The notes beneath the pieces were generated by a model that was given only the letters and a program-made list of their open reading frames with translations, was not told the origin of the DNA and did no database searches. DNA of 63,791 nucleotides, the filler included, from Corallochytrium limacisporum Hawaii (Eukaryota > Protista > Pluriformea), in the NCBI GenBank assembly GCA_002811645.1. It is 4 parts of 4 records of this genome, joined end to end, with 100 filler letters (N's around TTAATTAATTAA, not from the genome) between each part and the next. Parts side by side here need not be neighbours in the genome. Positions count along the whole stretch, not along the records: positions 18,417 to 44,810 come from PDIP01000129.1; 3 more parts are not named here. One strand, 5' to 3'. Positions 28,849 to 37,873 of this stretch are shown here, in pieces (position 1 is the stretch's first letter; the number at the start of each line of letters is the position of its first letter). The position numbers and the translations under genes were made by a program.

Positions 28849-31209
28849 ATGATTTCTCCTGAAGATGAACAGGACGTCCACGCTGAGTTTGAAAATGTGG
28901 ACAGCAGAGTCAAGACCGGTCACCGCAAGGGCCGACGTCGTCGCAATAATCAGGTTGGTCGGCCGCGGAGAGGTGCATTGTCACTTATGCAGCAAGATAT
29001 GATGGGCAAAGCAAATATGCAATACGTTGATGGGAAGCTGTCAGAGGCTGCAGAACTAGCGAAATCCATTGTCCAGGAGAATCCGCATGCACAGGAACCA
29101 TATCAATTATTGAGTACCATATTCGAAGAACTCGGCGACGTTCGGCAGGCATTTAATTTTGCGCTAACTGCGGCATATTTACAAAGAACAGATCCAGAAT
29201 TGTGGTCAAAGAGTGGCTTCTTTGCTCTGGAGCTAGGAGATCAGGAGAAAGCGCTCATGTGCTTTGGTCGGTGCCTAAAATGGAATGCGAAGCGGGTACA
29301 GAAAAGAGAGTCTGCTGGAGGCTCTCTTCATTTAGTCTACTCCAAATCAGATAACACAGACGTACTATGGGAGATCATCCGAATCTACATGGCATTGGGA
29401 GATGATGATAATGCAAAGAAGTATTTGGATAGACTGTTACGTCGGGAGCCTTCCAGTCTTGATGCTCGCATGGAAATGGCTAATTTACTGTATCGTCAAG
29501 GAGACTATCAGGAAGCACACTGGATTCTAAGGCAAGGAGTGGACGTGTCTACCAACACGCTCTCACTGGAGCAGGTTGCGGTATATTTCCAGTTGTGCAT
29601 TGCAGCGGAGTGCTATCGATGCATCTTGCCTCTGGCAAGAAGACTTTTTGGTTTCACCCTAGGGCCCACATTTGCCGAGCAGGTGATGAAGGAAAAGTTG
29701 CCTATCGACCTCGAACTCCATATTACAATTGCTCTGCTTCATTGTGAACCGGGTATGGCCAGTGACGGGGTCAAGTTGGCACAGCAGGTTTTAACGTGCA
29801 TCCCAGTTTCGCCATATGCTGATTTGTATTCTATCGTTGCGAAGGCGTTGCACACGTTCAATTCTGTCAACACATCCGGAAGTGGTCCCGCGCTGGAGGC
29901 TACCAGGCCGGACTCTGTGAACCTGGAAAGGACCCTGTGGAAGGCATTGTCCAAGGTGAACGCAGGTGAAGTACCCGCTGAGGTTCGACCCGACCAACTG
30001 GTTACTAAATGCAAAGCATTTTATCTGTACTGTCTATCCAAAGGCAGCCAGCCATCGTCACAGAATGGTGAAGACCTCGTCCAAGAAATGGAATTGTGCA
30101 TTGCGGATTTGACAGGACGAAATTTGCTAGAAACCGACGGAGGAGCAGAATGCATTAACTGGCTATTGGAGCGGTATCTGGAAAGAATTGAGTTCCTGCA
30201 GGCCGCCAGAGTGCTGCACTATGGCAGTGGAACGTGGGAGGACCAGGCAACTGACATTCGACAGCTCTCTGAAGATCTTAGCCCGTGGACGATAGCACAA
30301 TTGATACGTCCATCGCTCAGCTCCTTTTCACATATTCATTCTGTCGCTCTGCAGCTACTTGAGGCGGTACCAAATATCATGACTGACATTGACAAATTGG
30401 CGCAAGTTGCAGATGGGCTGACGCTGTGTGTTGTCCCTCACCTGATTCGCCTCGCGATTGCAGGATCCAAAACCAGGAACGAGATACGTGCTTTTTCCGG
30501 ATTATTCCCCTTAGTGGATGAAGCAAATCTGGCAGACGGCAAGGATTCACTGAGGGAACTGGAACAGTCCGACCAAGAGCTCATGCATGGTCTTGAAGTC
30601 CTCATCGGATTGCTGTGGTTCCGTGACATGTACGATGAATTGGAGACATTGATCAATGCAGCGCAGATCGCTTTCAAACGATCAGAGCCATTTGGGCACA
30701 AACTACTGAGTTTACAGTCGTTCAAAAGCATTTTGAGTACGCGGGCTGGCTCTAAAATTGCACTGCCAGAGAAATCGATCTCCCTAAGTGACACCGATGA
30801 ATCCTATTGGTATGCATTGGATCTGCGTGCCCTCAAAGATTCTTCAATGAGGCCAGATCCCAAGATGTCTCTACAATACGCGAAACCATTAGGGTTACGT
30901 AAATATCACCAATTACTTTATCTCTATCACAACAGCACAAGATGTCCCGGGGGTTCATCCAATGATGCATGCGAGTCTTTGACGTTGTTGATGTCGTCAC
31001 TTCTGCAACGGAAAACAGAATACAAGCAGGACGGAGATCAGGACGAGACTGCTATGGAGGTAATGATGGCACTTCTCGCGATTCACTTCTTAGTGAACAA
31101 TGTAGACACCAGTGGGCTCACTGACGATTCTTTATCTGTATTGACAAACAGGGTTCTACTTCAGGACACTAGATTTCAAAGCCTTTTCTCAGGTAACTTA
31201 AGATCCTAA
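28849..31209 (+). CDS. GTF3C3: TFIIIC TPR subunit (Tfc4/tau131/GTF3C3)
   Basis: Basic patch, then 'MMGKANMQYVDG...SIVQENPHAQEPYQLLSTIFEELGD...LTAAYL..DPELW' N-terminal TPR array; 'LPIDLELHITIALLH' and 'YADLYSIVAKAL'. C-terminal part is divergent. Confidence 0.78.
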   Translation: MISPEDEQDVHAEFENVDSRVKTGHRKGRRRRNNQVGRPRRGALSLMQQDMMGKANMQYVDGKLSEAAELAKSIVQENPHAQEPYQLLSTIFEELGDVRQAFNFALTAAYLQRTDPELWSKSGFFALELGDQEKALMCFGRCLKWNAKRVQKRESAGGSLHLVYSKSDNTDVLWEIIRIYMALGDDDNAKKYLDRLLRREPSSLDARMEMANLLYRQGDYQEAHWILRQGVDVSTNTLSLEQVAVYFQLCIAAECYRCILPLARRLFGFTLGPTFAEQVMKEKLPIDLELHITIALLHCEPGMASDGVKLAQQVLTCIPVSPYADLYSIVAKALHTFNSVNTSGSGPALEATRPDSVNLERTLWKALSKVNAGEVPAEVRPDQLVTKCKAFYLYCLSKGSQPSSQNGEDLVQEMELCIADLTGRNLLETDGGAECINWLLERYLERIEFLQAARVLHYGSGTWEDQATDIRQLSEDLSPWTIAQLIRPSLSSFSHIHSVALQLLEAVPNIMTDIDKLAQVADGLTLCVVPHLIRLAIAGSKTRNEIRAFSGLFPLVDEANLADGKDSLRELEQSDQELMHGLEVLIGLLWFRDMYDELETLINAAQIAFKRSEPFGHKLLSLQSFKSILSTRAGSKIALPEKSISLSDTDESYWYALDLRALKDSSMRPDPKMSLQYAKPLGLRKYHQLLYLYHNSTRCPGGSSNDACESLTLLMSSLLQRKTEYKQDGDQDETAMEVMMALLAIHFLVNNVDTSGLTDDSLSVLTNRVLLQDTRFQSLFSGNLRS

Positions 31210-32325
31210 TAGAAGATCTAAAGCGCGACTAACTTGTCCATTAGCTGCTATCACAGCTTGTTCCACCTCAATGTGTGCAAAGCCCATTCCTATCAGGTGG
31301 GAAACAGCTTCGTCGTGACTTGGCGATGGCTTTGGCTGTACCGGTGCATCTGACTCTCCCGAGAGATCGATAACAACCTCATTCTTAGACGTAGCGTGAG
31401 ACTTGTTTTGCAGGTTCGGCTCCTTTTGACGAGATCTTTGTTTCAAGATCTCGGCAGCCTTGTGTAAATTCCCATTTGCTTGTACCATGGCGTTTTGGAG
31501 CGCGTCATTGTCCTCGACATGAGTCAGCCATCTCAGCCTATTCAGTCGGGAATCAGACTGTGGCTCACTCGTACTACAGCCCAGGATTGTCCCCCCCGAG
31601 TGCACAGCACTCGCTTCCGCTGAAACACCTTTCCGTTCCAAAAACTTGTCAAGATTGGATTGGGATGAGTCCTTGGGCTTCTTTTTCTTGCCCTTTCGAT
31701 AGTCCTCCGGTTCTTTGGTCTTGACGTATTTCCCACTGCAAGTAGCTGCATGCCTGTGCCAGAAGCACTGCTGTTTACAGCGCCCTCGCCTACGGAGGTA
31801 TGGACAATCCTTTTCGGACGGTGGTCGATTCATTGCACGACGTACCTCATCTTTACACACATCACATTGCCAATGATGGGTCCTGAAATGCTCCACCTCA
31901 TCATGGAAACTATGATACACGGTGATGTTGTAGCCACTTGGTGGTCGGTATGGGTCAAGGTCCGGGTTCGCGTATCGACCTCTCCCGCAGTTGATCTCAA
32001 GTGCGATTCTGAGAAATGCAGGTCCATGGTCTTCTCTATCTATGTCTTCCCTAGTTCCATTTGCCCCCAAAAATTGATATGCATGGATCATTTCATGTAG
32101 CAAGGTTTCCTTACCTTCCTTCGCTGTTCTGAACTGCAACAGCTGTTCACTCAGTACAATTTCTACTAGTCCATTCGAACATAATTTACAGTAACCAGCA
32201 CACAAGGTCATGCGGCCAGTTGACCATCGGAGCTTGACTGCGTTTTTTGATAGTAATGAGTTAAAATATGCTGCATCGTATGCGAGGAACATGTCATGAA
32301 TGTCTGGTAGAACGTCAACTTCCAT
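31198..32325 (-). CDS. SPRTN: SprT-family DNA-protein crosslink protease Spartan with a PIP box and C-terminal UBA-like domains
   Basis: 'PDIHDMF', 'RMTLCAGYC', 'ETLLHEMIHAY..HGPAF', 'YNITVYHSFHDEV..HHWQC', 'RRAMNRPPS..HAATCSGKYVKTKEPE'; QSNLDKFL PIP-like motif; MGF-type UBA. First ATG at 32325. Confidence 0.92.
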   Translation of the reverse strand: MEVDVLPDIHDMFLAYDAAYFNSLLSKNAVKLRWSTGRMTLCAGYCKLCSNGLVEIVLSEQLLQFRTAKEGKETLLHEMIHAYQFLGANGTREDIDREDHGPAFLRIALEINCGRGRYANPDLDPYRPPSGYNITVYHSFHDEVEHFRTHHWQCDVCKDEVRRAMNRPPSEKDCPYLRRRGRCKQQCFWHRHAATCSGKYVKTKEPEDYRKGKKKKPKDSSQSNLDKFLERKGVSAEASAVHSGGTILGCSTSEPQSDSRLNRLRWLTHVEDNDALQNAMVQANGNLHKAAEILKQRSRQKEPNLQNKSHATSKNEVVIDLSGESDAPVQPKPSPSHDEAVSHLIGMGFAHIEVEQAVIAANGQVSRALDLLLGS

Positions 32326-34122
32326 AGTGCCATCTCTATCGTTCACAATGAGGACCAGCCCCCACACGTACCCAAGCTTGATGTGTAGTTCATTGTACCT
32401 CCATGAAGTCTGCAGTAAATGTTGAAGATGTAGTGGCCCTTCACATAGCCCAGCGGTGCGAGGGAGATGTACATCCACCCCGATTATCTCAGACCGGCGG
32501 GCAGCGCTGCCGAGCGGGGTTCCCCATACATGGATTAGTTTTTTAAAAAAAAACAGATTACTTAAATAATATGAACGTCCTCCCCAACCGGAAGGTTAGA
32601 ACCCGCTGCTTGATGACACGGTCTATTCGTTCGTTGCCACACAGACTTTTCGCGTAAGTGGGCTCTCTGGAGCGTGCCTTACTATGACGGAGGGGGATTC
32701 CACCCACACACCGCAACCCAACAACCCATAGCCAGCCAACAGCAACAAGAAATGAATTAACGTCCCAAGAATGAGTTGGCACTCTAACTTGCTGTGGAAG
32801 TCATTCTACGGTGTACGCTTGTCTATGATCCGGAAATGCCAGAGCTCCATGTATCAAATTTATTCCCACTTCAGTAGTTGACTACTACCTCGTATGATCT
32901 CATGCTCCAGGCACTCCAAGCTAGTCGAGAATGTGGTGTCAAAAGTTCGTGGTTTTGTGGACTATACTGTGGATTGCAGATACGGCAATCCTTCTGAACC
33001 ATGGTATTTGCGCAGCCGCCAACGAAACATGGTTCGCTCGCCATATCCACTCTACCCAACTGGAGGTTTCAGTACACGGTCGACCTGCCTTTTTTGAACG
33101 TCAACCGGTGTCGGTATGATATGATGTAAAGATATTTTGACAGATCGAGTTTCGCTTCCATATTGCCACAAGTGAGCTGTGATACTAGTGTATCACCCCA
33201 GGTAGCATCGTAGCATCGTCGGGTGCAACAGCCAGGGCAATGATGGCTGTTCCGCTAAAAGAACCACCAATTAAGATGATCTACTATTGTATTTTCGACT
33301 CGCGTTGGTTGTTGATTGTGCATGCTGTGCCTATGCGTATGGACACAGGCATTTGACATGCGTGTTACGTGATAAAACAGCTGTCCCTACCGCAGCAACC
33401 GGCGCGAAACCGAGGAACGCTGGGTTACGTCAATGCGACTGTGTGACTTTTGTTTGCCCTGATATATCTTCTCAATACTACCTTCGTCCTACCTCTCATC
33501 GCTTATCTTCCTCCATTCCATCACTGGTGGGCGGCATTGGAGAGGGGACGGGATAGGCTTACAACCCTCCATAACGAAGAGAAAATTTTCTTCACTGGTT
33601 TGCTACTACGAGCCGATCTCTTTCTCACCCTCTCACCATGGAAAGCAAACGTTGAAAAAGGCGAACGAGCGAGTCTGAGGGAGTAGGGGCGGGAAATGGG
33701 GACGCCGTGTTTTTTTAGTCCATCATACATACCGCAGATCTCCTGGCATTTCCCCCCTGGATTCCATGTCTGCCAATTCGAAAGCAGAGGCAGAAGGCCC
33801 GCGAACACAGCAAGATCACCCAGCATATTTGCACTCCCGTGGTAGATGCGGGTCGGTGGTGAACCTTAGGGATCACATAAGTGCGCAAGCGGTGACCGTG
33901 TCCACAGAAATAGGGACAAATATGGGACCCACGCAATCGGTGGCGAGAATGTGATTAGTAGATATGCACAAGCTCTCCTCGGGCAGTCCTGAAGGCAGGT
34001 ATTTTCACTCTTACAGTAAGCGAATCAGGCAAGTGTGTCGTCACTTTGATAGAACTCAACAGTCGAGAAAGTGCAAAACTTCTGAAGGCTCAGTAGGTCC
34101 AGTGTAAGCTAGGATAGCAATC

Positions 34123-35109
34123 ATGGCAGCAGAGAAAACCCCATATCCACTGGCTTCGGTTCCTGACTTCTATCCACCTCCACCGTTGCCCCAAAACCCA
34201 GCTGGGCGTAGCCATTCGCTGCCTGGACATCCACCGTCGTACAATGCATCTGGGAGCTCATCTCCGGGATATCCACCATCGCCATCCGCTGTACTTAACT
34301 ATCAGTCCCACACACCCCCAGCACAGTATCAGCCCGGTGGATATTCACCACCGCATCACCCCCCTGCATACCCACCATCAGCTGGGTACGGGGCGGGTCC
34401 GAGTTCTCCGGGTTACCCACCTCAACACCACCATGTAGCGCCATACCCTCCACAACATGGGCAGCCGCAGCGCCACAGCATTGCTGGTACTACTGTACCG
34501 GCTGGCCAGCTTCAGCAGTATGGACTGAACAATGTAGTTTTTGCAGGAAAGAATTTCACCCTCCGCGCCGCCCCACCGAAACCCAAACCACCGGTGGAGA
34601 AGCCTCCCGCTAAGGGACTGATGGGATTCATCAAATCGGCTAAGAAAGCAATTCAAGATGCATTGCCAAAAGCCCAGGCAGCTGAATTGTATCCAACTCC
34701 CGAAGGCTGGATCTTTAATGGAGTAATTGTACCTGCACAACATCTTCAATTCAAGTATCCAAAGAATGACCAGAAGCGTAGGCAATGCACTTTTCTCAAT
34801 TATCAGTCTCAATACGACTTAGGGGAAGCTGTTGGATTCTATCCGTGCCCCAAAGGTCATTGCAAAGCAAGAGGACCACACAAGAAAATCATTAGCACCA
34901 GCTTTAAAGCAAAGGCCGGTTTGTCTTGCCTTGCGCCACCTGTAGAAATGCCAGCTCAACAGTGTTCTCGATGTGGTCATGTTCTAATCCTAAAACCTGA
35001 TCACATTCAAATTCGTGGACTCCAAAAACCTGGCAAACGCAGACGTGGGAATAGCGGAGGTTGGAACGACAGCGGCTCTGTCTGCAGTGGCGGTAGTGGT
35101 GGGAGCTGA
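34123..35109 (+). CDS. Hypothetical Pro/Tyr-rich protein with PPxY motifs and a C-terminal Cys cluster
   Basis: 328-aa ATG ORF; PPSY and PPAY motifs; CPKGHC and CSRCG; AT-rich 3' region follows the stop. Confidence 0.7.
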   Translation: MAAEKTPYPLASVPDFYPPPPLPQNPAGRSHSLPGHPPSYNASGSSSPGYPPSPSAVLNYQSHTPPAQYQPGGYSPPHHPPAYPPSAGYGAGPSSPGYPPQHHHVAPYPPQHGQPQRHSIAGTTVPAGQLQQYGLNNVVFAGKNFTLRAAPPKPKPPVEKPPAKGLMGFIKSAKKAIQDALPKAQAAELYPTPEGWIFNGVIVPAQHLQFKYPKNDQKRRQCTFLNYQSQYDLGEAVGFYPCPKGHCKARGPHKKIISTSFKAKAGLSCLAPPVEMPAQQCSRCGHVLILKPDHIQIRGLQKPGKRRRGNSGGWNDSGSVCSGGSGGS

Positions 35110-35376
35110 GTATCATATTAAAGTATACCATTGATTGCAATCTTGTATCTCACTTGTTGTCTTACTGTTATGAAGCATATTCAATACCCAACTATCTTTG
35201 ATAATGGAATTCAATTTGGATGAAATTCATAATTTGAATGAAATTGAATGGGCAAAACGGCTACAGGAGTCTGCTAACGAAGACTGTCACACTAGTGCTA
35301 CATATACATGTTTTTATGTAGTAATGTATTTTGTATGTCCCAACCTTTGGACAAATCTTTCTTGATAGTTGCGTGA

Positions 35377-36375
35377 TCAAGCGTCAACTGTGTCCACTTC
35401 ATTATCTTCCAACTCAATGCCTGTTTGATAGTCTGCAAGCATAAAGTAGGGGTTATTATCTGTAAGGCGGAAGTGATATGCTAATGCGCCAAGCAGACAA
35501 ACTTTGAGCAAATCTGTTGATACAGCAAGGAATGCAGACGATTGTGCTTTCCAAATGGTCCACATGAGCAACAGAATGAGGGACAGGAAATAGAACGTTA
35601 CTGCGACATTAAATTGAACCATCAAACGTAATTTGGCTTTGTCTGGTACCGTATTTTCTTTGTCTTCGTCCTCCTCATCTATGTCCTCATGTGCATCTGT
35701 CTGTTCATGGCTTGGAGAATCTTCGTTGTATGCATTTTCGAGAATCGCCTCCGGATCACCATCTGATTGGAGTCCCTCGACATTTCCATTGGCACCCGCG
35801 GCTTGCTGCTCAGTTCTAATAATTTTCATTTCTAAGGCTTCTCTTTCCAGCTGGGAGGTCTGGAAAATCCAAGTCCACATGTAAAAAAGCATAAAGAGAT
35901 TCGTGAGGCCCGCAATAAAGAGGATGTTCCGCTCCAGAGTGGACGACAAATACAAGATACCGTTCTCGTCCTTGTCGTCCTCGATACCAATGATGTAGTC
36001 TTTGGTGAGACCACTAATGACATACAGTGCAGGTCCGATGTAAATTGCCAGAGTGTGTTCACCTAGTGTGTCCCGAGTAATACACCACCCACTAGCAAAG
36101 AGCATCATCAACAGAATGAGCATTCCTTCAGCGATATTGACGAAAAACAACCACACAAAGAATACGCCCTCCGAGGCAGTTTGAATGTATACCACAGTCC
36201 AAAATTCTTTTAGCATGATTAAGACAGAAGTTGTAAATATGACACGATGTAACTGCCATCCCTTAGATTTTACATTTCTGTGTATAATCCAGTCCACACT
36301 AGTTGCCAAAACGACAGCTGCACTGATGCCTAGTAGGGCAGAGTATGCTGCCAAAAGCCAGCCTTGTGGCGACAT
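35377..36375 (-). CDS. Multi-pass membrane protein, probably GOST family (TMEM87/GPR107/GPR180-like 7TM core)
   Basis: About 7 hydrophobic segments; 'LLMMLFASGWCITRDTL' and C-terminal 'YHFRLTDNNPYFML' resemble lung-7TM-family motifs. Confidence 0.6.
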   Translation of the reverse strand: MSPQGWLLAAYSALLGISAAVVLATSVDWIIHRNVKSKGWQLHRVIFTTSVLIMLKEFWTVVYIQTASEGVFFVWLFFVNIAEGMLILLMMLFASGWCITRDTLGEHTLAIYIGPALYVISGLTKDYIIGIEDDKDENGILYLSSTLERNILFIAGLTNLFMLFYMWTWIFQTSQLEREALEMKIIRTEQQAAGANGNVEGLQSDGDPEAILENAYNEDSPSHEQTDAHEDIDEEDEDKENTVPDKAKLRLMVQFNVAVTFYFLSLILLLMWTIWKAQSSAFLAVSTDLLKVCLLGALAYHFRLTDNNPYFMLADYQTGIELEDNEVDTVDA

Positions 36376-37873
36376 TTCTACGCTTTCTATGAATCACAGT
36401 GAAAGCAAGTCTAATATTTGTTTTCTTTGTCGTCAAATAATCATATTTGTGTCCCATTCCACCTTAAATCTTGCAGAACGAGGACAATTTTTCCCTTTGC
36501 AATACATTACGTGCTATCACGGAAGTACCTCATGAATGGACGTGATTCATGTTCGACAAGAGGAGATTCATCAACAACAGGAAGAGCCATTGGTTTTTAA
36601 TGCTGCTGTTACATGGCTCGTCGACTGGTAGTATGTGACACGCGTAACTCAGTATTCTGTTGTGTGGTTTGCAGCGTCGCTCTGGAGCCCCACCGAAGCA
36701 AAGCTGAAAGCAGCCGTGGGCCAGTGTTGTGCCACAGCAGGAAGTGCGTGTAGGGAGGAAGGAGTGAGGGACTTTTTTCTCCGAGCGCTTTGTATGCCGG
36801 TCCCAGCTTCCCACTTCCCCCATACTTCTTCAGCTGCCGTAGTGGAGGAGACAGCCCGGGGAACCGCAAAGGCAACATGTCCACCTCAATGTGTGAAGCA
36901 ATCGCGCCAGTGCACAATGCAGTACTGAGTGAGCTTCTTCTCACTCAGGCTCGGAATTTTAAAGAATTGACAAGCATAGATATACTTGTGTTTGCTGTTT
37001 CACCATCCGCATGAAACGCTGATCATACTGGGGTGGACACAGCCCTGTGATGACGATTTCGAGGATGATGTGTTGATGGCAGCACCCACCCCTCCTTTGC
37101 CGGCCCCCCTCCCCGGGGGGGGGCTCTCTTTCCGGTTCTGTTGCAAGTAAAGTGCTACCGGGTGATTCTAAGAGCCTGCCTGCGACCCCGCCGGATCGCG
37201 GAAAAAGCGTGCGATGGTGCAGTGAAATTATTTGTGCGTCCTAAAGGGGGAGGTCCGTGGGTGCCGTGGAGAGAGCGTGTGGAAGAGAGTTTCCCAATTT
37301 GTTCCGGACCCTTTGAAGCTGATGGCAGCTCGAATACCCCTCCCTGACCAGCGGCACCCCCCCCCCCTGCACCGTCATACACTACAACGAGTGCAGTGGC
37401 AGACAGGGAGAGTGCCACCTAAGAACCACTCTTCGCCAAATCTTAGTTCAACTGAAGCATTCTGCCTTTAAAACGTCATGCACTCAGTATTGAGCACACG
37501 AGAAAGCGTTAAGTGCTGCATTCCTCAAGTGACTACGGGTGTGCATCATCAACACAACCACCGCAAACCTTCGTTGTCCTGCTCCCGGGCGGGGGAAGGG
37601 GGCAGAGGCCGGCACACCAACGCGTACGGACTGTCGGGGTTGGGGTCGGTTGGGAGCTCAAGGTACATGATGAGAAGGAGTCAGCATTCTACCAGAAACA
37701 AGCAGCCCCAGAATCTTTGTTCCTGAGAGGCACAACGCCGCAATATTGCGTTGTCGCTCATAATGGAGAACTGCACACAGCATGAGTCTTCGATCCACTC
37801 TATACGATCCACTATGGAGTCAATTAAACTACACTATGTATTATGTTACTACTACGCTAAAATATGATGGGAT

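Noticed and set aside
20727-32325. MUS81, OB-fold gene and SPRTN as a DNA-repair cluster
   Set aside because: Interspersed with unrelated genes in mixed orientation; compatible with chance in a compact genome.
37030-37092. GGGTGG...CCACCC stem enclosing TGATGA/TGAT (C/D snoRNA or SECIS-like)
   Set aside because: No proper CTGA D box, no SECIS apical AA or helix II, and no adjacent UGA-containing ORF. Would need an Infernal/Rfam hit.
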